The notes under the pieces: generated by a model
The model's input: the letters and a program-made list of their open reading frames with translations, nothing else
Database searches by the model: none
Told to the model about the DNA's origin: nothing
Origin: Bacillota bacterium
Lineage (GTDB): Bacteria; Bacillota_I; Bacilli_A; RF39; UBA660
Assembly (NCBI GenBank): GCA_015059405.1
Contig: SVAL01000011.1
Coordinates: 3,806 to 67,805 of the forward strand
Length of the DNA: 64,000 nucleotides
Direction of reading: 5' to 3'
Shown here: positions 17,965 to 27,955 of the stretch, in pieces
Numbering within the stretch: position 1 is the first letter of the stretch
How the letters are laid out: every line of letters begins with the position of its first letter
Position numbers and translations under genes: made by a program

Positions 17965-18465
17965 TTACACCTTCCTTTTATTTTTTACTTGATATATACC
18001 AATACCTGCTGATATGGCACTTATTAAATCAAACAAAGCTGATGTATATGACATTATATAAAAATCATATACAAACCATAATAATAAAGTAAATATTAAT
18101 ATATATTTAAATTTAACTACATCTTTTATATTCATATAAATTATATATACAACAGAACTAATTAATGGCAATAGACCAATAATACCTTTATTATTAAATA
18201 GTAATGATGTTACTACTGATAAGATAATTATAATTATTTTATTTTTCTTATCTAATTTATTTTTATAACATAATATATTTCTTACACAACTAATACTATT
18301 AATAATAATACCTGTTGATGCACCAAGTAGAATATTACTTACAACAAATAATCCAATTTGGATAGTTTGATAGTATATTATTCTTTTTTTCTTTTTTATC
18401 AGGCCAATACTTACCATTATAATAGATGCGATTAAAGCTACTATATTAGCTATTATTATATTCAT
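17965..18465 (-). CDS. small polytopic membrane protein (YgjV-like, tentative)
   Basis: 166 aa with about 5 TM helices and a basic loop, KKKKR, after TM1. The family call comes from size and topology only. Confidence 0.35.
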   Translation of the reverse strand: MNIIIANIVALIASIIMVSIGLIKKKKRIIYYQTIQIGLFVVSNILLGASTGIIINSISCVRNILCYKNKLDKKNKIIIIILSVVTSLLFNNKGIIGLLPLISSVVYIIYMNIKDVVKFKYILIFTLLLWFVYDFYIMSYTSALFDLISAISAGIGIYQVKNKRKV

Positions 18466-18477
18466 AAAATACCTCTT

Positions 18478-18789
18478 TTATTTAGTGTTTACTTCTATCC
18501 AATTTAAAAATTCTTTAGAACCATTAATTTCATAGTATGATATCTCACATACTTCATATGGATGTATCTTTTTAATTATTTCTTCTACTTCTTTAAATAA
18601 ACTCTTTTTAGTACGAACTTCTAATAAGTATTCAGTAGAACTTTCTATTTCATTATTCCACCAATAAGTAGATTCAACAGTACTTATTTGAGTTCCTGAT
18701 ACTAAATGTTTTAATAATAAATCTTTACTTATCTTTTCTACGATCTTTTTATCATCGCATAGTGTTTTTACTATTATGTATTCGTTCAT
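18478..18789 (-). CDS. cutA: CutA1 divalent-cation tolerance family protein
   Basis: Start trimmed to MNEYIIVKT (AGAGAGTG SD). Pattern: LVSGTQI..VESTYWWNNEIESSTEYLLEVRT...HPYEVCEI. Confidence 0.75.
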   Translation of the reverse strand: MNEYIIVKTLCDDKKIVEKISKDLLLKHLVSGTQISTVESTYWWNNEIESSTEYLLEVRTKKSLFKEVEEIIKKIHPYEVCEISYYEINGSKEFLNWIEVNTK

Positions 18790-18888
18790 ATTATCACTCT
18801 CTTTTATATATAAAATTATATCATAATACTTTCTTCTTTTCATTTTATTTTTTGTTATATTATGTTATTATAATATCGAGGTGGTAAA

Positions 18889-19557
18889 ATGAAAAAGATT
18901 ATTCCTATATTTTTTATACTTGCACTTTTAATAGTTGCAGGATTTGGAATTTTTATTTATAAGAACGAACAAGAAAAAAATAAAGTTAGATGGAAGGTAG
19001 AAATTCTTCATGAATATATTAATGTAAGAGATAAAGCTTCTACTGATAGTACTGTAATTGGTAAAGCATATCAAGGAAATGTATATAATGTTTTAAGTGT
19101 AAACTTAGATCACCATGCGTATGTTTGGTATGAAATTGAATATCGTAAAGGTCAAATTGGTTGGATTGCATCTGAGAGAAATATTCCTTATGTAAAAGAA
19201 TATAACAATCCACACTTTAAAGAAAATAATGAAGATAAAAGTGTTGAAGATACATATGAAATTGATTATGTAAATCCGGTTGTTAGATATTTTGAAAATG
19301 AGTATCATACTCATGATATTAATTCTATTACTTATGATCATTTAGAAATAGAAGAAGAATCTAAATATGAAATAACTAATAAAGTATATGTTGAAGAATG
19401 TACAACTTATCGTAATTTCTGGATTCAATATATTGTAACTGATTCATTTGGTAATACTACTAAAAAGGTTCAAAAAATTATTTTTGAAGTAGAACCAGAT
19501 ACTAAAGGTATGCCTAGTCTTGGAGAAATTAGAAAAAATTTATGTCAATCTCCATAA
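18889..19557 (+). CDS. membrane-anchored SH3 (SH3_3-type) domain protein
   Basis: N-terminal TM helix. The SH3b-like segment is INVRDKASTDSTVIGKAYQGNVYNVL...WYEIEYRKGQIGWIAS. The C-terminal domain is unknown. Confidence 0.65.
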   Translation: MKKIIPIFFILALLIVAGFGIFIYKNEQEKNKVRWKVEILHEYINVRDKASTDSTVIGKAYQGNVYNVLSVNLDHHAYVWYEIEYRKGQIGWIASERNIPYVKEYNNPHFKENNEDKSVEDTYEIDYVNPVVRYFENEYHTHDINSITYDHLEIEEESKYEITNKVYVEECTTYRNFWIQYIVTDSFGNTTKKVQKIIFEVEPDTKGMPSLGEIRKNLCQSP

Positions 19558-19586
19558 AATAAAAATGTGTTTAATAACACATTTTT

Positions 19587-20390
19587 TTATTTATTTAATG
19601 TAATTAAAACTAATTCTGGATGATTATTAATTCTTAATGGTATTACACTATTTCCTATGCCCCTATTTACTATCATAGTTGTATTGCTATCTTTATGTAT
19701 TCCACTAGTATATTTGGGCAATAATCCTTGTTCCGGTGCAATTAGTCCGCCAATAAATGGTATTCTTACTTGACCCCCGTGTGCATGACCAGTTAAAGCT
19801 AAATCTATATTTTTTTCAATATAGACATCAAATAACTCTGGGCGATGCGAAAGAAGAATATTATATTTTTTCGGATTATATTCTATATTATCAATTTTAT
19901 CAAGGGCATTATTTTTTGAAACAGAATCGTCAATACCTATTAAATTTATTGTTTGATTTTCTTTTTCTATTGTGACAACATCATTCTCTAATATAGTTAT
20001 ATTATTCTTTATTAAGTTAATCTTTAAAAGTTCATAGTTATTAATCCATGTTTCGTGATTACCAGTAACATAATAAACAGGAAAATCTTTTAGTTCTTGT
20101 ATAAACTTTATTGCTTGATTAATATCAGTATTAGTTGCATCAACTAAATCACCAGTTATGACAATACTATCTGGATTTATTTTTTTGATATTATTGATTA
20201 ATTTTTTATTTAATATTTTTGACTTAACATTGTGATAATCAGATATTTGAATTATTTTATATCCATCAAAATTATTAGGTATTTTGTCGTTTGTTATTTG
20301 ATAGTGTGTAATTTGTATAAAGTTGTTTTGACTGTATAAAAATAGTATTACACACATTAGAAATAATAAAGTTAAATATTTGTTCTTCAT
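19587..20390 (-). CDS. YkuE-type membrane-anchored metallophosphoesterase (motifs intact)
   Basis: Motifs: ISDYHN, ITGDLVD, GNHE, LSHRP, TGHAHGGQ. Start trimmed to MKNKYLT (AGGAGG SD). Confidence 0.85.
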   Translation of the reverse strand: MKNKYLTLLFLMCVILFLYSQNNFIQITHYQITNDKIPNNFDGYKIIQISDYHNVKSKILNKKLINNIKKINPDSIVITGDLVDATNTDINQAIKFIQELKDFPVYYVTGNHETWINNYELLKINLIKNNITILENDVVTIEKENQTINLIGIDDSVSKNNALDKIDNIEYNPKKYNILLSHRPELFDVYIEKNIDLALTGHAHGGQVRIPFIGGLIAPEQGLLPKYTSGIHKDSNTTMIVNRGIGNSVIPLRINNHPELVLITLNK

Positions 20391-20437
20391 TATTATTCCT
20401 CCTTTGAGTTTATTATATAACTCTACCAACAAGAAAC

Positions 20438-21661
20438 CTAGTTTTTACGTGTTAACAAAGCAATACTTTCTACATGATAAGTATTAGGAAACATATCACA
20501 GATAGATATTTCTTTTATATTATATTTATCTTTTAAATCATTTAAATCTCTCATTAATGTAGATGGTTCACATGATACATAAATTATAGTTTTGGGATTT
20601 ATTCTTTTTAGATTTTCCTTTGTTATTTTATCTAGACCTTCACGTGGAGGATCAACAATAATTAAATCTATATCTTTAAATTTATGAATATGTTCCTCTG
20701 TTTTTCCTAAAATAAATTCTATATTGTTTTTATTATTTAACTCCTTATTTTTATTTGCATCATTTACTGCATCTTCTACTACTTCTATTCCATATACTTT
20801 ATCTATATAGTCACTAACAAGTATAGTAATAGTACCAGTTCCACAATATAGATCTAAACAAGTTTTATAGTTTTTATTTTTTATTAAATCTATTACTTTT
20901 TCATACAAAAGATTTGTTGTATACATATTTACTTGAAAGAATGAATGATTAGATATATAGAATTCTTTATTTAGAAGTTTTTCTTTTATATATTTATCTT
21001 TAGTAATTATTTGATTATTTATAATGATTACTTTTATATCACTAAATTCTTTTTTAAAGTGTTCATAATCCATACTTCCATAAATACTTATCATAGATTC
21101 ATTTAAAGTAGTTGTTTTTATAATTAAATCAGCAATTTGACATTTATTATTTTCTTGATAAGACTTTATTCTTTTTAGTATTTCATTAATCTTTTCATTA
21201 ACTAATTTACATTCATTTATTTCTACTAAATCATTAGATTTCTTTTTATATAGACCTAGTTGATTATCTTTTGAATGAATAGTTATTTTATTTCGATAAT
21301 TATATTCTTGATTAGAAGATATTACTTCATTTATTTTAATGTCCATTCTTAACATTTTATCTATTAATTCTTGGACTTTAGTCTTTTTATAAGGTAGTTG
21401 TTCATTATAGATAAGATTTATAATATTACATCCACCACAAACATTTGAATATGGACAAATTGAATCTTTATAATAATTTGATCTTTCTATATATTTAGTT
21501 ACTTCTGCTTCTTTTATGTTTTTCTTTTGTTTTGTGATAGATATATCAACTATATCATTAGGTAGTGCATTTTCAACAAATATGATGTCATTATCTTTTT
21601 TTATTATACCGCGACCAAAGTGATCTAATTTTTCTATTTTTTGGTTTAAAATCTTATCCAT
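20438..21661 (-). CDS. 23S rRNA (uracil-C5)-methyltransferase, RumA/RlmD type
   Basis: TRAM-like N-terminus, Fe-S Cys cluster CPYSNVCGGCN, SAM motif LDLYCGTGT, DPPREG, and catalytic YVSCEPSTLMRDL. Start trimmed to MDKILNQ. Confidence 0.85.
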   Translation of the reverse strand: MDKILNQKIEKLDHFGRGIIKKDNDIIFVENALPNDIVDISITKQKKNIKEAEVTKYIERSNYYKDSICPYSNVCGGCNIINLIYNEQLPYKKTKVQELIDKMLRMDIKINEVISSNQEYNYRNKITIHSKDNQLGLYKKKSNDLVEINECKLVNEKINEILKRIKSYQENNKCQIADLIIKTTTLNESMISIYGSMDYEHFKKEFSDIKVIIINNQIITKDKYIKEKLLNKEFYISNHSFFQVNMYTTNLLYEKVIDLIKNKNYKTCLDLYCGTGTITILVSDYIDKVYGIEVVEDAVNDANKNKELNNKNNIEFILGKTEEHIHKFKDIDLIIVDPPREGLDKITKENLKRINPKTIIYVSCEPSTLMRDLNDLKDKYNIKEISICDMFPNTYHVESIALLTRKN

Positions 21662-21745
21662 AATAGTTCCTCTTTTTTTATTTATTTTCTTTTTTATTAT
21701 ACATATTTTTTTATATTTTTCCAATACTAATATAAAGGTGAAGAT

Positions 21746-23149
21746 ATGAATAAATTAATAGATAGAATAAAGAAAAAGACTGGGAATAGTACTGATATAG
21801 TTTATAAGAATTATATTATTAATAATAAAGAATTAAATATTATTTATAGTGAAGTTTTATCTAGTAGTATCTTTATTAGTGAACATATTATAGAGAGTTT
21901 AGTTAGTATTAAGACTAATAATATAAATAAAGATATATTTGAGTTTTTATCTGGGGTTAATAAAGTTTATTTATATTCTTTTAATGAAATGATTGATTAT
22001 ATATATAAAGGTTTTTGTATTATTATTTATGATAATTATTTTATTGGGATTGAAGCTAAAAACAATATTGATAGAAGTATACCTACTAGTGATATAGAGG
22101 TTTCTTTACTAGGGCCAAAAGATAGTTTTAATGAACGATTTAATGATAATTTAGGGCTTATTCGTAAAAGACTTAGAACTAATCATTTATATGTTGATAG
22201 TTTAGAAATTGGTGTTTTATCTAAGACTAAGATTGGTATTTGTTATATGGATAATATTGTTGATAAAGATCTTCTTTTTAAAATTAAGTCTTATCTGGAT
22301 AATATAGATATAGATGGTATTATTGATAGTACTTATATTAGAAGATATTTATCTAATTCTAAATTACTGCCTACTATTAATATGACAGAACGACCTGATA
22401 TTGCGACACAAGCTCTTTTAGAAGGAAAAGTTGTAATAATTGTTGATAATAGTCCTTTTGTATTAATTCTACCTACTTTTTTTGTTGATTTTTTTCATAC
22501 ACCAGATGATTATTATGAGAAAAATATTAATATATCTTTTGTTAGGATTTTAAGATTAATTGCTTTTTTAATTGCGGTATTTTTACCAGGTATTTATATT
22601 AGTTTAACAACTCATAATATTGATGTTATACCTTCTTTATTACTTACTAATTTAATTGATCAAAGAATGAGTGTCCCCTTTCCTAGTTTTGTTGAATGTA
22701 TCATTTTATTAGTTGCTTTTGAAATACTTAGAGAAACAGATTTAAGAATACCTAGTAAAATGGGTTCTTCTATTTCTATTTTAGGAGGATTAATTTTAGG
22801 TGAAGCTGCGGTTAGTGCAGGTATTGTTTCTCCTATTATGATAATTGTTGTTGCTATTTCTAGTATTAGTGGGCTTATCTTTTCAAACATATCAATTATT
22901 TATTTAATTAGGTATTTGCGTTTATTTACAGTGCTTTTAGGAACTTTCTTTGGATTTTATGGTATCTTTTTGGCATTCTTATTATTTATCATAAAATTAT
23001 CTTCTCTTGAATCTTTAGGATATCCTTATTCATATCCTTTCTCACCTATTTCTAAAATAGAACTATCTGATTCTTTAATTAAATATAATACTAATCCTAA
23101 ATATAGGAATTTACTTCTTTCAAAGAAAAATAAAGTTAGAGGGAGATAA
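21746..23149 (+). CDS. spore germination protein, GerA (A-subunit) family
   Basis: 467 aa. It has a soluble N-terminal domain and a C-terminal 5-TM region typical of GerAA/GerKA. It is followed by C- and B-type subunits. Confidence 0.85.
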   Translation: MNKLIDRIKKKTGNSTDIVYKNYIINNKELNIIYSEVLSSSIFISEHIIESLVSIKTNNINKDIFEFLSGVNKVYLYSFNEMIDYIYKGFCIIIYDNYFIGIEAKNNIDRSIPTSDIEVSLLGPKDSFNERFNDNLGLIRKRLRTNHLYVDSLEIGVLSKTKIGICYMDNIVDKDLLFKIKSYLDNIDIDGIIDSTYIRRYLSNSKLLPTINMTERPDIATQALLEGKVVIIVDNSPFVLILPTFFVDFFHTPDDYYEKNINISFVRILRLIAFLIAVFLPGIYISLTTHNIDVIPSLLLTNLIDQRMSVPFPSFVECIILLVAFEILRETDLRIPSKMGSSISILGGLILGEAAVSAGIVSPIMIIVVAISSISGLIFSNISIIYLIRYLRLFTVLLGTFFGFYGIFLAFLLFIIKLSSLESLGYPYSYPFSPISKIELSDSLIKYNTNPKYRNLLLSKKNKVRGR

Positions 23150-23150
23150 T

Positions 23151-24116
23151 ATGAAAAGATTTATTTATATATTTTTGTTTGTTGGATTTATTTTTTTATT
23201 TATTACTGGTTGTAGTGATTATAATGAAATTAATAATGTAATGATTGTAGATTCGATTGGGATTGATAAAAATAATAATACTTATTTAGTATCTTTTAAT
23301 ACTTATATAGGTAATAATAAATATGAAACTTATGATGTTGAAGTTAGTGATTTAGATACTTCTTTTAATCAAATATATCTTTTGGTTAATAAGAAAATCT
23401 ATTTATCACATTTAAATATCTTATATCTTAGTAGTAATCTTAATAATTCTGATATTTTAGATATTATTAATACATTTAATAATCGTGATGATTTAAGAGG
23501 TTCTTTTTTGGTTACTATGATTAATAATTATGATAAGGATATATTTAAAAATAGAAACATCTCTACTTTACTTAATAATAACTATAATGAATCTGGGTAT
23601 GTCTATCCAGTAACATTTAATGAAATTATTTCTGATTATTTAGATTTATCTATTAGTTATATACCAGTTATAGATAATAGAGATTTATCTATTAAGGGGA
23701 GTTTTTCTATTTTTTTGGAAGAGCGTTTTTATAATATAGAGGAATCTAGTTATTTAAATATATTATTTAATAAAAGTAATGCTTTATCTTTTGATATAGA
23801 TAATTCATTAGTTAAACTTATTAATATTGATACTTGTTACTTGATTAATAGAAATAATATAACTATTAATATAAAATCTTTATTTGTATCTAATCTAGAT
23901 AGTAAGACAATTAAGTCTTATTTAGAAAGAAATATCTATTCTTTTATTAAAAGTAATATAAATGCTAACTATTTTATTTCTTTAATTAAGAAGTATGATT
24001 ATCTTTATTATAAAGATCATGATATTAAAAATATTAATTTTGATATAAATATTATGTTAGAAAAAGAAGAGTTTAATAATACTAAGGGAGATGATTTAAT
24101 TGAAAAAGATTCATAG
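23151..24116 (+). CDS. spore germination lipoprotein, Ger(x)C family
   Basis: Lipobox LFITGC. 321 aa. It sits between the A and B subunits. Confidence 0.75.
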   Translation: MKRFIYIFLFVGFIFLFITGCSDYNEINNVMIVDSIGIDKNNNTYLVSFNTYIGNNKYETYDVEVSDLDTSFNQIYLLVNKKIYLSHLNILYLSSNLNNSDILDIINTFNNRDDLRGSFLVTMINNYDKDIFKNRNISTLLNNNYNESGYVYPVTFNEIISDYLDLSISYIPVIDNRDLSIKGSFSIFLEERFYNIEESSYLNILFNKSNALSFDIDNSLVKLINIDTCYLINRNNITINIKSLFVSNLDSKTIKSYLERNIYSFIKSNINANYFISLIKKYDYLYYKDHDIKNINFDINIMLEKEEFNNTKGDDLIEKDS

Positions 24117-25125
24117 TATCGAATTATCTTTTTTGTTTTTTTATATAATTCAAGCATTTCTATTTAGTGGTTTTATTAGTAAAAGTATTAGTTTAGTATC
24201 TTATCGATTTATATTATATTTAATTTTATCAATCTTTTTAGGTATAGGTATCATTATGCTTTTTTGTTACTTATTTAATTTATCTAATAAAAATATATTT
24301 TATAATATTAAAAATAAATTCTTGGTATTTATATTAATTCTTATTTCTCTTTTATTTAGTATTTATTCACTTGAAATTATTTCATCTTATATTAATTATA
24401 TTTATTTAAAAGATATAGATAAGTTATTTATTATGATTTCTTTTATGATAGTAGTATTTTGTTTAATTAAGAATGATATTTATTCTTTTTTTAGATGTAG
24501 TACAATTATATTTTATTTTTATATATTTTTAGAAATCATTACTTTTATATTACTTTTATTCTATATTGATTTTAATAATATATTACCTATTAGTTTAGAT
24601 ATAAATAATATCATGGATTATAGTTATATATTTATATGTTTTTTAGTTATACCTATTTTATTTTTATTAGTAGTACCTAAAGATATTATTAAGAATAATA
24701 CTAAAATGAATAAAAAGATATTTATTACATATTTAGTTATTAGTTTAATTATTTTAATTAAGAGTATTATATCTATATCAATTCTTGGATATAATAGTGT
24801 TTCTATTTATAATTATGTAGATGTTGTCATATATAAAAATATTAATTTATTTTCTTTTATTGAAAGATTTGAATGGTTATTATGTTTTAATTCTATTACT
24901 AATATGTTTTTTATGATTAGTTTAAGTCTTTTTTATGTAAAAGAGGGAGTTAACTATATTTTTCCAATAAAAAAGAATATAAGTTATTTATATCCTTTAT
25001 TTATTAGTACTTTAGTTATTTTAATTAGTTATTTCTATACAATTAGTTTTAATTATATAGTTTTTATATTAGTTGTATTTTTCTTAATACATTTAATTTT
25101 TTGTTTATTTAGATTAGTTAAATAA
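24100..25125 (+). CDS. spore germination permease, Ger(x)B family
   Basis: 341 aa with about 10 TM helices. It overlaps the C-subunit gene by 17 nt. Confidence 0.75.
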   Translation: MKKIHSIELSFLFFYIIQAFLFSGFISKSISLVSYRFILYLILSIFLGIGIIMLFCYLFNLSNKNIFYNIKNKFLVFILILISLLFSIYSLEIISSYINYIYLKDIDKLFIMISFMIVVFCLIKNDIYSFFRCSTIIFYFYIFLEIITFILLLFYIDFNNILPISLDINNIMDYSYIFICFLVIPILFLLVVPKDIIKNNTKMNKKIFITYLVISLIILIKSIISISILGYNSVSIYNYVDVVIYKNINLFSFIERFEWLLCFNSITNMFFMISLSLFYVKEGVNYIFPIKKNISYLYPLFISTLVILISYFYTISFNYIVFILVVFFLIHLIFCLFRLVK

Positions 25126-25952
25126 TCTATCATAGTAGAAGATGTTACATGAACATTATTATCTATTCCTGTTGCGAGTTTTACATTTGGTTTTATTTCA
25201 CCATGATAGTCTGTACCTCCTGTTGTGAAAAGGTTAAGCTCTGATGCTATTTCTTCAAGCATCATGGTATATTCAGGAGTATGATGGATATGTCTTGTTT
25301 CTATTCCCATAAGACCAATAGATTTTAAGTATTTTAATTCTTCTATTAACTCTTCTTTAGTTAAATCTAGAGATATAGGATGTGCAAGAACTGGAATACC
25401 ACCAGCTTCTAAGATCATTTCAATACATTCTTCTTTTGTATATCCACGTTTTTTATCGCGGCAACTATCCATAACAGTATTTAGATATTTATCAAAGGCT
25501 TCTTTTATTGATGATACATAATTATGTTTTAATAAAAGTTTCGCAAGATCTGGTCTTCCTATATTTCCTATTCTTGTAGTTATTTCTAATATTTCCTCTT
25601 CTTTAAAAGATATATTAAATATTTCTTTTAGTCCTTCTACATATAACATAAAATTATATAAATCATTTCGATTATTAAGTTTCTCATTTAAAAATTCATT
25701 ATATATATCAATATTGTATCCAAGAATGTGCATTCTTCCTTTTTTTGCTTTAGCAGTTAGTTCTACAGCATTTATAAAGTTTATGCCTTCTAAATCTTCT
25801 TCTGTTAGTGTTTTAAGTCCTTCTATAATATCATGATCAGAGATTGCAAGATCTGTTAGACCTATTTCTTTTCCTTGTTTTACAATCTCTTTTGGAGTCT
25901 TATCTCCATCCGAATAAATTGTATGAGTGTGTAAATCCATTAATCTTTCCAT
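25053..25952 (-). CDS. PHP-domain phosphoesterase (TrpH/YciV-like)
   Basis: MDLHTHTIYSDG, AISDHD, VLAHP and GGTDYHG motifs. GGAGG SD before the ATG at 25952. Confidence 0.85.
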   Translation of the reverse strand: MERLMDLHTHTIYSDGDKTPKEIVKQGKEIGLTDLAISDHDIIEGLKTLTEEDLEGINFINAVELTAKAKKGRMHILGYNIDIYNEFLNEKLNNRNDLYNFMLYVEGLKEIFNISFKEEEILEITTRIGNIGRPDLAKLLLKHNYVSSIKEAFDKYLNTVMDSCRDKKRGYTKEECIEMILEAGGIPVLAHPISLDLTKEELIEELKYLKSIGLMGIETRHIHHTPEYTMMLEEIASELNLFTTGGTDYHGEIKPNVKLATGIDNNVHVTSSTMIDYLTNLNKQKIKCIKKNTTNIKTI

Positions 25953-26043
25953 ATTTTACCTCCATCTATAAGTCAATTATATCTATTGTTTTAATATAAA
26001 TAAAATATATAAAGATTATGGTTGTAATAACTTTTAGTTATAA

Positions 26044-26075
26044 TAAAAAAAAGAACCTTTTGGTTCTTTTTTTTA
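26044..26075 (-). terminator. rho-independent terminator ending the membrane-protein array
   Basis: Stem AGAACC (26052-26057) / GGTTCT (26062-26067), flanked by A8 and T9 runs (bidirectional shape). Confidence 0.65.
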
Positions 26076-26927
26076 TTGTGTAACTGGAGTAGTTTGTAAT
26101 CCAGGAACTCTAATACTTGTATTACTACTAAATGCTGAATCATCTACTACTACTCTACCTAAGATATCATATACATCACTATTTACATTGGCAGATGATT
26201 TATAGTAAACTTCAGCACCTACTAATTTAGTATATGAATATTCTACATAAACAATTTCCATTTTGTATCCTTGGTATTCACCAGAGAATATTAATAAGTT
26301 TTTATTGTTTACTTTCTTTTCTGTATAACTTACGTTTGTGATTCCCATTGATGTGAAATTAGCTTTTGTTAGTTCTTTATCAATATTACTATAAGCCATA
26401 TTCATAGAAGATACATATCCTTCTACATCAATCATATCATCATCATAGAAAACAACATTTTCACTATAGAAACCAGCACTGTAACCTTTTGGTAATTCAA
26501 ATGTATATTCATTAACATTTGATTTTGTATAGTTAGATGCGACTACTTCTTCGTCATCTTTCTTTTCTTCTTCAGTTACATTAGTCTTATCATCTTTTTT
26601 ATCTTCTTTTTCTTTATCATCGCTACCTGATGATACAGCTAAGAAAATGACACCTGCAAGTAATACAGCTATAACACCTAACAAAATAAATACAATTGTA
26701 TTATTTTTCTTTGCTTCAACTGGTACATTTCCAACTGGCATAGTTTGTTGTTGAACATTATTTACTGGTTGTTGCATGTTTGGTACAGGTTGTTGCATAT
26801 TATTTTCAATAACTGGTTGTGTTACTTGTTGTTCTGGTTGTGGTGTTGCTTGATTAATTACACTACCACAAGTTTGACAAAATTTATCTCCTTCATTTAA
26901 TGGAGCATTACATTTTGGACAATTCAT
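26073..26927 (-). CDS. zinc-ribbon / TM / ectodomain protein
   Basis: N-terminal MNCPKCNAPLNEGDKFCQTCG, Q/P-rich linker with NMQQPV repeated, one TM helix, K/D/E-rich stalk, and a ~160-aa C-terminal domain. Confidence 0.75.
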   Translation of the reverse strand: MNCPKCNAPLNEGDKFCQTCGSVINQATPQPEQQVTQPVIENNMQQPVPNMQQPVNNVQQQTMPVGNVPVEAKKNNTIVFILLGVIAVLLAGVIFLAVSSGSDDKEKEDKKDDKTNVTEEEKKDDEEVVASNYTKSNVNEYTFELPKGYSAGFYSENVVFYDDDMIDVEGYVSSMNMAYSNIDKELTKANFTSMGITNVSYTEKKVNNKNLLIFSGEYQGYKMEIVYVEYSYTKLVGAEVYYKSSANVNSDVYDILGRVVVDDSAFSSNTSIRVPGLQTTPVTQ

Positions 26928-26990
26928 ACTTACATCTCCTTCTTATTCTATCCTTTTTAATTATACTATATTTAATTAATATTTCAAAGT

Positions 26991-27938
26991 CTATTTTGTT
27001 GAATATGTTTTATAACTGAAATCTTTTAAACCACCATCATCATATACAGTTAAAGTTAGATATATATCAAAGTCATATACATACTCATATTCTGTGTATT
27101 TTAGACTTTCGCTTCTATAAATATCATCTGCATCAGTTGGTTTTCCATACACTCTTTCTATTTCTTCTAATGTACTTCCATATTTAATACCACCTGGTAA
27201 TACAAATTCTACTGGTGTATCAGACCAAGAATTATCTACTGTAATAGCCCAATATTGACACTCATCAAATGGTTTCTTTTCTGATGCTAGGTTGATTAAT
27301 CCAATTTTTACTTCAGCATCACTATATTTAGGATTACTTAATCTAATGGTTGAAAAAGTCTTATACATAGGATCTAAAGTATCTGATTCAAAACCACTTG
27401 TATCCATAGTCCATCCATTTTTAGAAAAATCACTATAGAAATTTTTTAATTTATATGTTTTACCATCTAAACCAAAACTTAAACTTTTCCAATCACCGGG
27501 GATTGTTTGATCATTATTATTATTTTCATTATTATCATTTGTATTATTATTTTCATTTTCATTATTTGTATTGTTGTTTTCTTCTTTTTCTTCGTCTTTA
27601 TTTTCTACAACATCTTTATCATTTTTCTTATCATCATTTTTTGATTTTGAAGATGTTGCGGATATAACTACAAATATTAAGATTGCAACAACTACAGCTA
27701 CTAATATAACTATAATTAAATTATTTGTTTTCTTATTTGGATTATTATTCACTTGTTGATTTAAATTATTCATAGGTTGTTGTTGAACACTTATTTGAGG
27801 TTGATTATTTACATCATTTAAATTATTAATATTACTTACATTTGTTCCTACTGGTGGTGTTTGATTTATAACCATACCACAAGATGTGCAGAATTTATCT
27901 CCTTCATTTACTACAGCATTACATTTTGGACAATTCAT
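26991..27938 (-). CDS. zinc-ribbon / TM / ectodomain protein
   Basis: N-terminal MNCPKCNAVVNEGDKFCTSCG (paralogous to 26073..26927), N/Q-rich linker, TM helix, N/D/E low-complexity stalk, and a ~170-aa C-terminal domain. Confidence 0.75.
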   Translation of the reverse strand: MNCPKCNAVVNEGDKFCTSCGMVINQTPPVGTNVSNINNLNDVNNQPQISVQQQPMNNLNQQVNNNPNKKTNNLIIVILVAVVVAILIFVVISATSSKSKNDDKKNDKDVVENKDEEKEENNNTNNENENNNTNDNNENNNNDQTIPGDWKSLSFGLDGKTYKLKNFYSDFSKNGWTMDTSGFESDTLDPMYKTFSTIRLSNPKYSDAEVKIGLINLASEKKPFDECQYWAITVDNSWSDTPVEFVLPGGIKYGSTLEEIERVYGKPTDADDIYRSESLKYTEYEYVYDFDIYLTLTVYDDGGLKDFSYKTYSTK

Positions 27939-27955
27939 ATTTACTACTCCTTCTT

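Noticed and set aside
21746-25125. The gerA-type three-gene operon as something unusual.
   Set aside because: It is a standard A/C/B germinant-receptor architecture for a spore-former. Only the gene order (A-C-B) and a 17-nt overlap are noted.
25053-25125. 73-nt convergent overlap between the GerB-like permease 3' end and the PHP phosphoesterase 3' end.
   Set aside because: It is most likely just poorly conserved C-terminal tails running into each other in AT-rich DNA, where stop codons happen to be late. There is no evidence of a functional antisense arrangement.
27480-27640. AT-rich quasi-repetitive DNA (attatt/attttc units) as a possible microsatellite or contingency locus.
   Set aside because: It encodes an in-frame N/D/E-rich low-complexity stalk (NNNTNNENENNNTNDNNENNNND). 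The units are imperfect and of mixed length, so slipped-strand frame switching is unlikely.
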